DNA of 64,000 nt from positions 1 to 64,000 of the forward strand of contig JBEWZL010000132.1 of assembly GCA_045837725.1 (NCBI GenBank), given 5' to 3'. A program made the position numbers and the translations under genes. Positions 26,313 to 39,069 of this stretch are shown here, piece after piece. The notes beneath the pieces were generated by a model. That model was given only the letters and a program-made list of their open reading frames with translations, ran no database searches and was not told the DNA's origin. Origin of the DNA: Vermamoeba vermiformis (Eukaryota). Within the stretch, counting starts at the first letter, position 1. Each line of letters starts with the position of its first letter.

Positions 26313-26597
26313 TTACTGCGGTTTAGTTTCTACCGGTTTGTTATTAATACCAGCCTCCTTTTCAATAGAGGTCGAAGTATTATTTGCTTGCTTTTGTGGC
26401 TCAGTCACTGGCTCGTTGGATTCTTCTGAAGACTTTGGAGTACTTGTGCTGGCGGTGTCTTCCGTCATCCACCGTTCAGGCACATAATAGTCGTGTCCAT
26501 CTTTACCACTTACTCGTTTTAGCACTAATAATGATATTAGCAACGGATGCACACTTCGTTAATAATAGTGCTATTAATAATTTCGCTTACTAAACAT
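26313..26597 (-). CDS. Small (72 aa) hypothetical protein MFMLKRVSGKDGHDYYVPERW..., two exons
   Basis: ATG TTT A|gtaagc intron (26590-26525) ag|TG CTA joins the start to ORF 26313-26524. Confidence 0.55.
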
Positions 26598-26758
26598 TAT
26601 TAAAAGGTTGTTGGTAATTGTGGTCGTATTGTTGCTATAGTAATTGATTAAATTAAAATACTTGGGCCAAAACAGTTAAGAACCGGAAATTCCGAAGTCC
26701 AAGGAAAAATGAAAGTCTTGTTCGAGACTTACAGTCTTGGCAGTCTGTGATGGTACCT

Positions 26759-27923
26759 CTAAAGCAGGTTCAATGTCTCCATTTTGAATTCAGGCAATTT
26801 CTTCAGGAACTCGGCAAGATCGGTTGGTAACGGATCTACCAGCGAGATCTGCTGCTTTGTAAACGGGTGAATGAAGACTAATCTATACGAATGCAAGAAC
26901 ATGCGTTGAAGGCCATATAAATCACGCGCCATATTGTTAATTCGTCCTTTGCCGTACATCCGATCTCCAATGATCTGATGTGCCTTGCTCGCTAAATGCC
27001 TAGAAAACGACATTATTACATCACTTGCATAATTGATACATTGGAAGTTGACGTGAGGGCTTAAGTCTAGTGTCTAAGCTAAATTTTCTTGCGGATGTAC
27101 CTTCGAATCTGATGTCTGCGTCCAGTGACTATTTGTGCCTTCAATAACGAGCTGTTATAAAATTCTGAGATTTTTTCAAAGCGAGTTTCAGCTGGCTGTT
27201 GCTCTTTGCTCTTCTTTGAAAGCTTGGTCAACGGTCTCGTTTCGATCCTGCAACACCAACAATGAGAATTTGCTGCATATCGATACTATCACGATAATAT
27301 AAGCACAAGGTGCGCTAATTTACCATTTATCAGGTGTAGATCCGCGCACTAATGTGATGTACTCTTTGACGGCTGTTTCAGCTTTCAAACTTTCTTTCAA
27401 CGTTTGAACGTGCTCGCTTTCTAATGCCACCACTATAATGCCACTTGTTTGGGCGTCTAATCTGGAAAATAACTGATATTAGCTTCAGGAGATCAGATGC
27501 GATCGCAGGGTTTTGCTTAGACCCAAGTTTAATTCGAGATTAAACATAAAATAATACTCTCAATATTATTACCTATTTATAAAGTAGACTTTCGTTTTAA
27601 ATAACTCAGCCAATACGTCAATCAGAAAAACGATCTCGCCATCTCGTTGACAAATATCGCTTGGATGAACTACCATATTTGGTGGCTTACTAACTACGGC
27701 TAGATATTTGTCTTGATATAATATACGAATCTAAAATTGGGGAATAAAAATAAATAAATATTTTTACTTCCAGCAATAAACTGTCATATAAATCCTTTGT
27801 CGCAATACAAATGCTGCTCTATATAAGTTCTTGAATTAAAATAGCAAATATTTGAACTATTACCTCTGGTTTTGAGGGCAGATCCGCCTCAGTAGATGTC
27901 GCTTGTTGCTGGTCTTTTTCCAT
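26759..27923 (-). CDS. RluA/TruC-family RNA pseudouridine synthase
   Basis: ILYQD..AVVSKPPNMVVH, catalytic NRLD..TSG, TGRRHQIR.H, IIGD..YG, RMFLHSYRL.F.HP. Confidence 0.92.
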
Positions 27924-27958
27924 CGTCAACTTCCGTTACTATCAATAATATTGAATAA

Positions 27959-30080
27959 TTACATGCAATTGTGGTCGTTACGTGAAGCACGACGACTAAA
28001 CAGAAATGTCAACAACCGGACGCCAAAAAAGTATGGTGCGCGTTTTGTTAACCCGCTTAATCTCCAGGTAATCTTGTTGTCACCATTGATGCTACTGCTG
28101 TATCTGTTTGAATTCCTTATGAACCCAGAAGTAAGCGTAGCAACTGGCCAATTCCGCGCCTTCCTTCCCAAGCTGCTGGAAAAAGTCGAACGTTGTTCAT
28201 TTGAGGGCTAGGTGTCGTAATAACTGCAACTTGTAGTTGTGAGGATTAGAAGCGAGATATAACAGTCTTAATCAGAACCTGAAGTGCGACTTTATTCGAA
28301 TCAAATAAGACCTCCAGTAGGTTCCAAATAAGCAAAAACAAGCTTTTGCATAAACTCATCAGTGTCGGAGTTTGAATTCGAATCCGGTGATAGCACAACT
28401 ACCCTTGGTTGCCATCTATTTGCATAAAATAGATCTATTTCGGAGCTGGCCTGACTAAACAAGCGTGCCAGATAGTTTACAATTGCTTGGTAGTCATCTC
28501 GATCTTCTGTTTCAGAATTGTTATTACTCGTGAGTAATGCCCTTAAGTCTGGGAAATCCTCCGCAACTGCCTCCCAATTGACTTCTCGGTTGAATTCTGC
28601 GCAATCAAAAAGGCGTACGATGAATGCGCTGGGTATTGGGTCCAGCTGCTTCGCTGACGCCGCAATAAGTTCTTTTAATAATCCGAGACTCTCGTGGATA
28701 TAATTATGATGATATTTGAAGTTTTCTAGTCTCTTGTCAAAATGACGCACGTTGACCTACAGATCCGGATCAGCCACTTTTGATCAATGAACAGCTTCCA
28801 TACGACTTACTATTAGTACTATCGCAGTGATGAGATTGTCGCTTAACATGTATTTCTCGCGAATTGTAGCATAATCGAGCACTCTCGACTCTTCAGAAGG
28901 AATCACAAAATGACTTCAAACAACGACCATTAATATGACGAACAGTGCTCTAATGTCACATGATACGTACTAAAAGTGCATGCCAACTTCATGAAAGTAC
29001 ATCACCTGTTCAGCAGGTCTCCAGTAGTGCGCTGCGAATGATTTTTTGACGTTTTTGCAATGAGGCTGAACGCCGTACATGGTGCACAGTCTATTCCAAA
29101 TGTGTGCTTCACTGCACGCTACAATTTATGATTTGTTAGTGAAATTAGTACATTTCGGAGTGCTCGAAACCACGCCAAATCGTGCCCTGCTTCGCCGATA
29201 CATACCTTCGTATAATGCTTTGTTACATTTAGATAAGTTAACGATGTCCACTGGATGCGTTAGATATGCTGCAATACTCCATATTAAGTCATTCGGCATT
29301 GCTGAGAACAACGGAAATACGCCCGAGCCTGCGGATCCAAAATCAGTTGAGTACTGTGTATGATCAGGATATAATAGGAATCATTACTCTTCGTCAGTTG
29401 GGGCGTTCTTTTTAGTTTTTTTAGCGTGCTCAATGCCTCGCATGACAAGTAATATTCACTGAAAAGAGAAAGTGTTGGTGGTTTGAACTTGGCCATATAT
29501 TGCTCTTTCGTTGTCCATATAGAACGCATCATATTATATGTTTTTTGGTTTTCCTCGGTGTTTAAGCTCGCTATTGCTGAGAGTATCTTCGGATCATCGT
29601 GCGAAAATGGATCGAGTTGTTGCAGCCATTCACAAATCGGTTGCTGAATGGTTTGTGAGCCTTGACTACATAAATATAATTGTACCGTACTTCGAAGAAT
29701 CGTTGAGCATTTTCTTGAAGAAACAACAAAGACTTCGTTTTGAGTATCGGCCAAAGTAATTCTGTTTCATCTTCTGGTATCTTTCCTAAGCCCTTGAAGT
29801 TTTGATAGCTCCGAATAGATTTAATAACGTCGTGTACGGTGTCTCCTTCGACATCTGGCAACAGAATAAACCGGTTATTAATTTATTTTTAATTACTTAA
29901 TTTAATAGAAATCAAATAATTACCAAAATAAAGCGACCGAATAACGCTTGGCTGGTACTTAGGAATGCGATGCTGCGTTATTTTTTTTTTGCTCTTTTTC
30001 TTTTCTGTAACAACGGTCAACGATCCCGCGACAATTAGCAGGCTTTAGCAGGCTGAATTACCTTTCTTTTTCTTCTCCAT
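27959..30080 (-). CDS. F-box protein fused to a degenerate G-alpha-like C-terminal half
   Basis: The spliced F-box reads LFSAMPNDLIWSIAAYL...NLSKCNKALYEACSEAHIWNRLC. It is followed by ITAIVLIVNVRHFDKRL...NYIHESLGLLKELI, which resembles G-alpha beta4-alpha3. Confidence 0.65.
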
Positions 30081-30617
30081 TACTTTATTTACTCATGTTA
30101 ATATTGAAAAATCTCTTCTCTGTAGTTAGAGTCCGAAAACAAAAATAAACTAACTTTTTTGAAATTTACTCTGTTGGTGAACCACATTCGTTCTGGCTGC
30201 CCTTCCACGACGAACAAGAAAAATTCATTTCACGAACACCAACGCTTGGGAGGCTACTAATTGAGTCCTGAGCTTTAGCATAGTTTAATTTTTCTTGTTC
30301 GGCGATCACACCGTTTGTGGAACTTCGCATTTATGCCACCTTGCAATTCCTAGGAGTGACTTAATTTAACCCGAAGTTCATTTTTCTGCTCTATCCTAGG
30401 CATACGTTAGCGTCGGATCTTGGCTAATTCATGAACTTCGTACCACACTACCAATTGACAAAGGTCAAGTGATTTATTAAATGATTGTTGTTATACTGCA
30501 ATTGAACAAGTGCAAAGACATTGTCGACAAAACACCGCATTAACGGATGTGGTCGTGACAAGTCTAAAGTAGTTACATAGTGGTTATATGAAACAATAAA
30601 GCTCTGGCTGTACGAGC

Positions 30618-31943
30618 TCAGTACTCTTGGCCTCCTTGAGGTTCGTTGGGCTTGAACTTGGGCAACAAGGCCATGTGGATGTTAGGCATTACCTATCAAA
30701 AGAAGGTTATGGTGAGATCTAATTGCTCGAAGAATATTTAAACAGAAGTTGTTCCAATATAGCACTATACGTACACCGCCACCGGCTACAATGCACTTGG
30801 CGTACAACTTGTTCAACTCCTCGTCGTTTTTGAGAGCGAGCGTAATGTGACGGGGAATGATGCGAACTTTCCTGAAAAACACAAATACAACATTAGGCGC
30901 AACTCTGTATTATCACAATGGGCACTGCTACGTACTTGTTGTCACGCGATGCGTTGCCAGCGAGTTCTAGAACTTCAGCGGTCATGTACTCGAGCACGGC
31001 GCACAAATAGACAGGAGCTGATAAAAGCAGATCTGGTCAGTTCCGACGACTCAGACGAAGAAATAACGCCGCCCAGCAATACAATATCAAGGGATTATAG
31101 AGTGCTCGGACTTACCTCCATTACCAACACGGTGCTTGGTCGATTTCTTCATTAGTGTGGCTACACGACCAACGGGGAACGTGAGGCCAGCGCGTTGACT
31201 CTTTGAAGTGGCACCGTTCTTGCCTCCACCTGCCGTGATGTTGCAATTGTACTTGGTGACTGCCTTGGTACCTAATATTACTACGTATTAGTCACTGGAA
31301 TAGAATTATCTGCTGGTAAATTAACTGGATCCGGATCAGATCGAAACAAAGACTACATCCGGTAATTGCATTGTTACCAGTACCAGTTAACAATCTAAAA
31401 TATACTAGTATATAATGCAGTACCTTCGGAGACGGCGTGCTTGGCAAGTTCACCAGGCAAATGCAAACGAACAGCAGTTTGAATTTCACGAGATGTGGTA
31501 GTGTTTTTGCCTTGAATGCTGGTCAATTCGTGGGCAGACTTGGTGATCATATTGAACAAGAACCAAATAGTATCGCCCATAACAGCCATGGCTTTGTTAC
31601 TAATGCCAGTGTCAGGATGCACCTTACCAAATAATGCGTCAGAACAAAATCAATAATCGTAAATGTACAATATTATATTAAACAAGCAAATATAGAGCAA
31701 TTATAAGCGTTAATTAATTTCAGTATCGATAACGTAAATTAAATACTTGATTGATCTGGATATTTTAATCTTATATCATAGGTAACAGGCTAATAATAAA
31801 TAATAACAACAATTATATAAAATAATTAACGCTTATAATTAATTTGAGTTTGAACGGCCAGATTCACTCACTTGTTTAAGAACCTTGTAAATGTAAGTGC
31901 TCCAGTTCATAGTACCGCTTCTTTTTTGTCCACGTTTACCCAT
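30618..31943 (-). CDS. Single-chain histone H2B-H2A fusion (doublet), 226 aa, 6 exons
   Basis: Exons 31943-31872, 31622-31424, 31271-31116, 31017-30936, 30871-30775 and 30692-30618, all GT-AG and in frame. The H2B motifs ([46 protein letters not shown]) run into H2A motifs ([49 protein letters not shown]). Confidence 0.95.
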
Positions 31944-32112
31944 TGTGCTGTGTTTGATGTGGACGTTTGTGGGTGCCAAACAAAAATAAAGATCTGAATT
32001 AAAATTTCCAGGAACATACGATCTGATTTTCGGTAGGGGAACCAGAAAAAATACGGAACAAACACTACTACGTGCGGAAATAATTTATAATAGTACAAAT
32101 ACAACTTGTTTC

Positions 32113-35100
32113 TTAATTTTCAACGCTTATTAACACGAGATCTATAGCACTGCTACTCTCCGAGTTTGTGGCAGCTTTGTTCAGTCCGTCTTGAGTGTAT
32201 ATAGGCACTCGCTCACCAGTCGCTTGGTCTCGGTAGTGCAATAATATGGTCTTGCCCTGAACACGATTACAATCGTTAGAACAAGGGAAAACAAAAGTAG
32301 ATCGCGTGTCATACCTCTTCCCCAAAATACATTTCTACGAGCTTACTGATCGATAACAAGTTGAATTGATTTCGCTCGATCATTATACTCTGGCGACGGT
32401 TTCCTAACTCACAATTCAAACTGATAAGTTGCTGAAAAAACATGTTAGTTCGGATCGACTAGATTTGTCACAAAAAAAAATACTTACTTGTGTCTCTCTA
32501 GCTTTCTTTCTGAACGCAGCTAATCTCTTTTTCTTCCACTGATCGAAAGTAACTTGCTCTGCGAAATCATTAGCATTGTGTGAGTTTTCTTGTTGCTCGA
32601 TCTACAACTTACCAGCGAGCTGTGGGCTGATCTCCAAAAATCTCAAATAAGAAATCATCAACGTCTTGTTGATGTTCTCTTCGAGCAGATTGACAAGGGT
32701 CTCTTTATCAGTCTCGTGCTTCGTGCAGAACACGCAAGCCACGTGCGAAAACATATCACTGCCGTATTCCAACTCGAAGGCATAGGGCTCCTCTGTACCA
32801 TAATAATATTAACACATATGCGCTGATAAGGCAAAGTAAGCTTACCCTCGTAAGTTCTATGCAAGACGACCTCGTCCAAGCCAATTTGATATTTGAGCAC
32901 CAACTTGCGTTCCTTGTTGGTCTGGATCTTGGTCTTGGTGTACAAGAACAAATCATTGAACAAAAAGTAATAGCCACGTGATTTGTTCCTGCTGGCCTCG
33001 TTAAAGCGGAACAACTCTCCTTCAGACACCAAATAACGTCCTTCCTTGATCAAATTCAGATCCTAATCGAACAATCCACATTAATATATATATTACAGTT
33101 AGTATTTTCATTTGACGTACGTCTTTGTTTGATTTTCTGAGCTGATTTTCAATTTCTTGTACGCGCATCAAGTTCTCACGGTCACCGCGCTTCTTGTTGC
33201 TCTTGCCTACGAGTGTCTCGATCAAATTGTACGCATTCACCGTGACTGGATGATCGGCCGTGTTGCGCGACTGCTTTTCTAACTCCTGTAATTAAACAGG
33301 TTAGTTTCAACACGCTCTTTTCACATCAAGTAAGGGCACTTACGGATAATAAGAGCGGGTATTTACAAATTCGTTGAATGGGCTTAATCAACAAGGCGTT
33401 AATGTCCAAGTTTCGGCACTCGCGTCGCAAGTAACAGTACTATATTTACAGACATTAGGGACGAAGTAAATACACGAGTTAATCGTTCGAAACTTACTTC
33501 TAAGAAAATATCCAAATCGTTATTTGTTGCTCGAAGTTCTTTGATGTTTTGATTGACGGAGTCTTGTTTGCTGCAAAATTCCAAATAGACATCGAGATCT
33601 TGAGCCTAATAATAGATCATTCGTTAAAACCAAGAATTGACCTATAAAAAGGAACATCGTACCATATCTACGAAGCACTTGGCAATATTCATATGTGTGG
33701 GCTTATCCAACACCTTCTCGAACATTCCTAACAGCTTCTTGTGCACTTTGTACAAGTCTTCAATGTTCGCGAACATCTTGTCTAAACTTTCAGCCGACAA
33801 AATTTCTTTGCTTCTCAACGGTTGCAAGAAGATCTAAAATATTTTAATATTGAGCATAATGCAGCATTAAATGGAAAGGTTGTTACTTACTTCAATAATG
33901 ACTGATAGATCGTAAACGTAGTCTTTTTCCGTTAGAATGATCTCCTTAATCAAGTTATTATCGGTCTTAATTCGCTCCTTTAACTCGCTCGTCGATTGAT
34001 CTTCCAAATTACTATAAATAGACATTAGCAAGAAGTCAAATCAATAGTCCATTCAAACCAAAACTTACGTCTCGTCCTCTTCTTTTGCCGATTCAGTCAA
34101 TGCTTTCGACCCTCGTTTGGAAGCTTATTAAGAATAATATGTTAGCCCTAGAACGATTAAAATATTAAGAATGATGCGTACATGACTCGGACTGGCCATC
34201 GAGTCTTTGTTTAGTCACCGAGGAAGTCTGAAGAGCCTTTTCAATATCGTCTGTCGATACACCTGTCGAGTTCCTTGAAGGCTAAAAATTAAACATAATT
34301 AGTTAGAAATTGGAATTAAGTAATTACTTGGGAACAGTTTGGGACTTACTCCACCGCCAGACAGTTGTTCCTTATGTCTGAACCACTTTCTCAGCTTCGG
34401 CTGACCTTCGCCTTGAGTATTAGCAGGGGCAGTTTCAGGCGAAGAGGCGGCATCGGGCGTTGAAGATCTGGACGCATCCAGGCTGTGCGATGAGATTGTT
34501 TTGCCAATAATGCTATTTTACGTTAATTCATGATTACTGACTATTTTATACGCTTACTCAAACTCGTCGCCGCTAATGGCATTACGCTTAGTGGATCCGC
34601 TGGAAATCTTGGGCGGCAATGTTTTGAACTTTTCTTTATCTTTCCTCTTGGACTTCTTCTCTTTCTTTGACTCCTCTTTAGGACTAATAGGAGGTGTTGA
34701 GACGCTAGAGTTCAGTGAGCTCCTGTGGTACCGTTAGAACTAATTCTGGATCCGATCTGATTATTACTTACGCGCCGGATGCAGAATCAGACAACTCGAG
34801 TTCATCTTTGCTGGAAGACGATAACCCCTTTGACTTCCTCGAGCCCTTCAGTTTCTTGCTACTGGACAGCTTCTCCTTCAACTTTTCTTTGTCTTTTTTC
34901 GTCAACGAGTCGCTGTGGCGCGATGACTTTGGCAATTGCGAATCACTCGCCATTCTGTTCATAGGTGGTTGCTCTAAACAACAATTAGTTACAAATGCAG
35001 CATATGACATATTAATAGGCTTTGTGGCAATTTAAATATATGTCTTAGTCAAAGCACGTACCGTGAGAAGGAGCGCGGTCAGGTTGATTCTCGGGCACTT

Positions 35101-35941
35101 CTTCGGTTTTCTTTTGAGGTGGCTTCGGCAGTGGCTTAGGCTTCTTAACCTCAGTGTTAACGTCAGGAGAGGAGACTTGATCGCCTGTCGGTGTCAAGGG
35201 TTCACGAGGCGACGCCTTAGCACTTCTCGGTGAGCTCGCTGCACTTGAACTTTGACTTTGGCTAGGAGCTGTTCTTGGTGAGGTCGGAGGGCTGACATTG
35301 AGCTTGGGAACCGAGGGGGCCGATTTGTTATTCGATTGGTTCGTTTTATTCTGGTTGTTTTGAGCTGCGTGTGTACCATTAGTGCTCGCTCCATTAACGC
35401 CGCTGGATATCGTGATGCCTTTGCTCGTCGTCTTTTGTAAGTGGGTCGAGCCAGCAGCTTGTTTGGGCGCCACAGAACTGAAATTTCTCGCGGCTTGTTC
35501 CTCGGCAGCTTTTTGGAACTCCAATCGAGCCTTCTTGATATCCACAGGTTTAAATACACTGCTATCGCGTCGAGGGTCTCGTCTATCAAATCGAGGACTC
35601 TCTACTGGCGATGCTGCCGCTGCTGCCTCAGAAGTATAGACCACCGAAACAGTGGGCTCGTCGTTGTTTCGATTAGCACCAGTAGAACGAATATACACCA
35701 CGACTTGTCGCGATACGTTTGGATTAACAAAGGTACCTGCGTTGCGTCCAGGAAGTGCTTGGTTTAGGGACAAAGTCGAGGGAGGTGCGGATTGCACGCG
35801 AACACTCTGCTTCGGATTCAGTGTTGTTGGTGTGGTTTTGGCTGGTGCCGCTGTGGGGGCAGCTGCGCCATTAGTTTTTGTGGCATCTTTTGATTGCCAA
35901 AAGGCTAAAGCTGCCTTTTTTCTTTCTTCGGCGGTCGACAT
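32113..35941 (-). CDS. Dbl-family RhoGEF (DH-PH) with low-complexity N-terminus and C-terminal PB1-like domain
   Basis: IKEIILTEKDYVYDL, MFANIEDLYKVH, LIKPIQRICKYPL; PH motif EGEL...YYFLFNDLFL; C-terminus LHYRD..GERVPI..Q..L. Confidence 0.9.
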
Positions 35942-37067
35942 CTAATTGTTCAAATTCGAAATAACCAGATCTGCGACGGCTATGATTCTATAAATGATTC
36001 GTTAGTATTTGCCGTGTAATTTGATGCAATAGAATGCATTCTATGATGTAATGAACTTTCTACGTATCTTTGTGATGAAGATTTTCTTTTTAATTGCGAT
36101 CGTGAATTAATTTTATTAAATTCAATCTTGAGTAGCTAATTCTGCGATATATTTCGTACTTATAGTTTAAGTAAATCATAATCAAGCCAAATTGGAATTA
36201 CTAATTAATTTGCCAACGAATTAACGTTAATTGGAATTACTGTCGGACAAGCGAAATAATAGCATAGAATAAAACAATAAATAATTTATCAAAAGAGATT
36301 TTGTTGTGGATGAATTCCTACCTATAATAAAGCGGGATCGTATTGGTCTCGTTCACTCGATCGATCACAAAATCATGGGACCTGTCCAATAAGATATCCT
36401 CCGAATAATATCAAACAGCCAATATACCACTTGTATATTATTCAATAATACAGTTAAATAAATAATACCAAAACGAAACCAAATTTCATAAATACCCAAA
36501 CACGAGCACCATGCGACCCGACAAAGATGTGGAGTATTCCGCTATTAAATGCATAACATAGTACAGCAAGCACGGCAAGGGGGCATTACAAACGTTCATT
36601 CGCCATCCCAGGTAAAGATTTTTTTGGTACTAGCAGCCGCAAGTATTTTATTTAAAAACTATTAGAAAATTAGTGCTATAGTATATGCGATACATATATA
36701 CCATTCGGCACTGTATACTCGCGGAAATAAATTTATTTGCAATTTCTGCGGTAATTATTGGTGCTACTCAAGCACCCTTTGCGATTTACATGTCTAAAGG
36801 TGTTAACTAAAAATAATGGTACAAAAAATAACGAGGGGTTAGATTGAAATCCCGCAGGTATTTAATTTATTCTCGAGATCCTGGTTCTATACAAAATTTA
36901 CAAGGGTATATTTACATCAACATTCTATTTCACATAAGACTATTCTATGGGATCGCAGGGTTAATATATACATTCTCGTGCGATCCAATGCTCAAAAAGT
37001 CCTTCGGCTATGTACATTGCGCATCCAAATATTTGTTCGCGGATCAGCTGACTGAAATCCTTCCTTC

Positions 37068-38365
37068 TTATTTGTCAGCTTTGCTGCTCTTGCTTCCCTT
37101 CTTGAAGTTGAACAACGACAAGAATCTAACGCCCTTGCTCTTCTTCTTGATGCTCTGCTGTTGCAAGTCGTCACGAGGGGCGATTTCTTTTTGTTCCTCT
37201 TCGTCGTTCAACTTGTTGGCAGCTTTAGCCATTGAAATAGAGCTAGAGCTGTTCTTGCGGACGGCGTAGAGGCGAGGAATAAGACAAGTAACGGGTTCTT
37301 CGTCGATGTGCTTCACATCCAAGTACTTGAAGTAGCTCTGCCAGAGCAAGGTCTCCCAGCAGGCTTTGAACTCATCTTCGATGTTCTTATCTTTCTTTTC
37401 GTCCTTAATCTCCATGATGTGCGTGCCTTGCACCTTCTATTATATACAGATGCGTTAGTACCTTAATCTACGCAAATCTAATCGTTCTAGAAAAGTGAAA
37501 TTTCTACTGTTTCGATGGATCTGATCTAAACTTACCTCATTGAAGTAATCGCAAACAATTGCTTGAAAGATATATTTGTCTTCTTCTTGCTTGATTTTAA
37601 CTTGAATAGAGACAGTTGATCGTTGTTTAGTGCTGTCCAAGTTGACCTTTCCCTTAGATTCGGGTTGTACTACAATTCGGAACGGAGAAGAGCAAACCTA
37701 AGCGGCGAATTTAATGCAATGACTCTTTAACTAGATTTACGCGGAATTACTTACTTGGATAAAGTATTGCAAGCCGTTTCGCTCGAAGAAGTTAAAAACA
37801 ACCTTGGAGCAGAGCTGAGTAGTTTGATTTTGGACGAATTGGCATTCGGAGACGGCGATAACTGGAGGTACTTTCACAACGCGGTTTGCTATAATGACAA
37901 ACTGTCAGATCAAAACATAGAAATTAAAGCGGGATCCGAATCCATATCTTTCTGATTTTAATTAATTGATTGCAATGTTGAAGAATAATGTCTAAGTAGA
38001 GGAATATACACTAATTGTAGCTAATATAACAATAGAAATGCATTGGAAATTTACCAAATTCAGTGGCGAATTTCTTCCAGTTGGCACCGCTTGCAAGAAG
38101 CAAGGAATCGAGAACGGAGACATCCCATTGTTTGCACCAAGGCTTCCATAAATAATCGCTATCGGCAATCTAATAAATAACAATTTAGTATTCATGAGTT
38201 TTTAAATCCGCCTAATTTTTTTAAAATTACCTCTTGAAACTTCTTATTGGTACGCGAGAATACAGATAAGTCCTTTGCGGTTAAATTAGACAAAATAGTA
38301 GTGACCAATTCTGTTGGCAAAAGGTTCAAGCACGGCTGCTCGGTGTTGGCAGATCGTCGGCTCAT
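37068..38365 (-). CDS. F-box protein
   Basis: N-terminal LNLLPTELVTTILSNL.AKDL..FSRTNKKFQE|IADSDYLWK, spliced to ORFs 37455-37640 and 37068-37433. Confidence 0.8.
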
Positions 38366-39069
38366 TTTTTTTGATGTAAACGTGTAAAGGATCTGTTAAG
38401 TGGTCGCTACTTAGGTGCAATAATGAAAATATCCCTTCGGAAACAGGTAGACAGTTTTATCGGGTCCTTGATGTTCTGGTTCGCTCAAATCTACTCGAGA
38501 TTTGCCTTTTTCGTTTTTTTTGGGCAGAGTCCGACGAAAATTCAAGATATTTGGCGATATTTTTCAATCTAATGAACGCAGCTAACAAAGGTAGCATGAC
38601 AACTAAAGGAATTGCATTCGATGATTCGCATCCCGCTCTTACAAAAATAGCTTGAAGGAAATCCGCTTAAACTTCGTCGACGGAAGGCAGCAACGTTTTG
38701 GTACTATCCTATCTCGACACGGATCGTACATACAAAATTATGCATTTAATCATCAGAACAAATACACAGCAGTTTGCTTTGTTAAGCGAAACAGGTATTC
38801 CAGCATTAAATATTGATATAAAAATACAAAAATCTGGTTAACGACATACCAAAGGTAAAATTATAGGTAGGGGTTAAATATAGGATGCCTTTGCATTTGT
38901 TTATTATTTTAAAATTAATTTTGCTACTGGCTTGAACGAAGGGCGAATAGCCAGCTTTCTCTGGTAATAATATTAAAATACCCAGCACGGAACAATAACT
39001 CAATAGCGTAATATTCAAAATAATTACCCGTAGTACGTCGTGGTACGGGCCACATTGCCTAAATAGTAC

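Noticed and set aside
30598-30620. Histone 3' stem-loop after the fused histone stop
   Set aside because: The agctc/gagct hairpin has a 9-nt loop, unlike the canonical 6-bp stem with 4-nt loop.
30618-31943. Endogenous giant-virus insertion as the source of the histone doublet
   Set aside because: Five spliceosomal introns, an H2A.X-like tail, ordinary eukaryotic neighbours and no viral hallmark genes in the window; an ancient transfer cannot be excluded.
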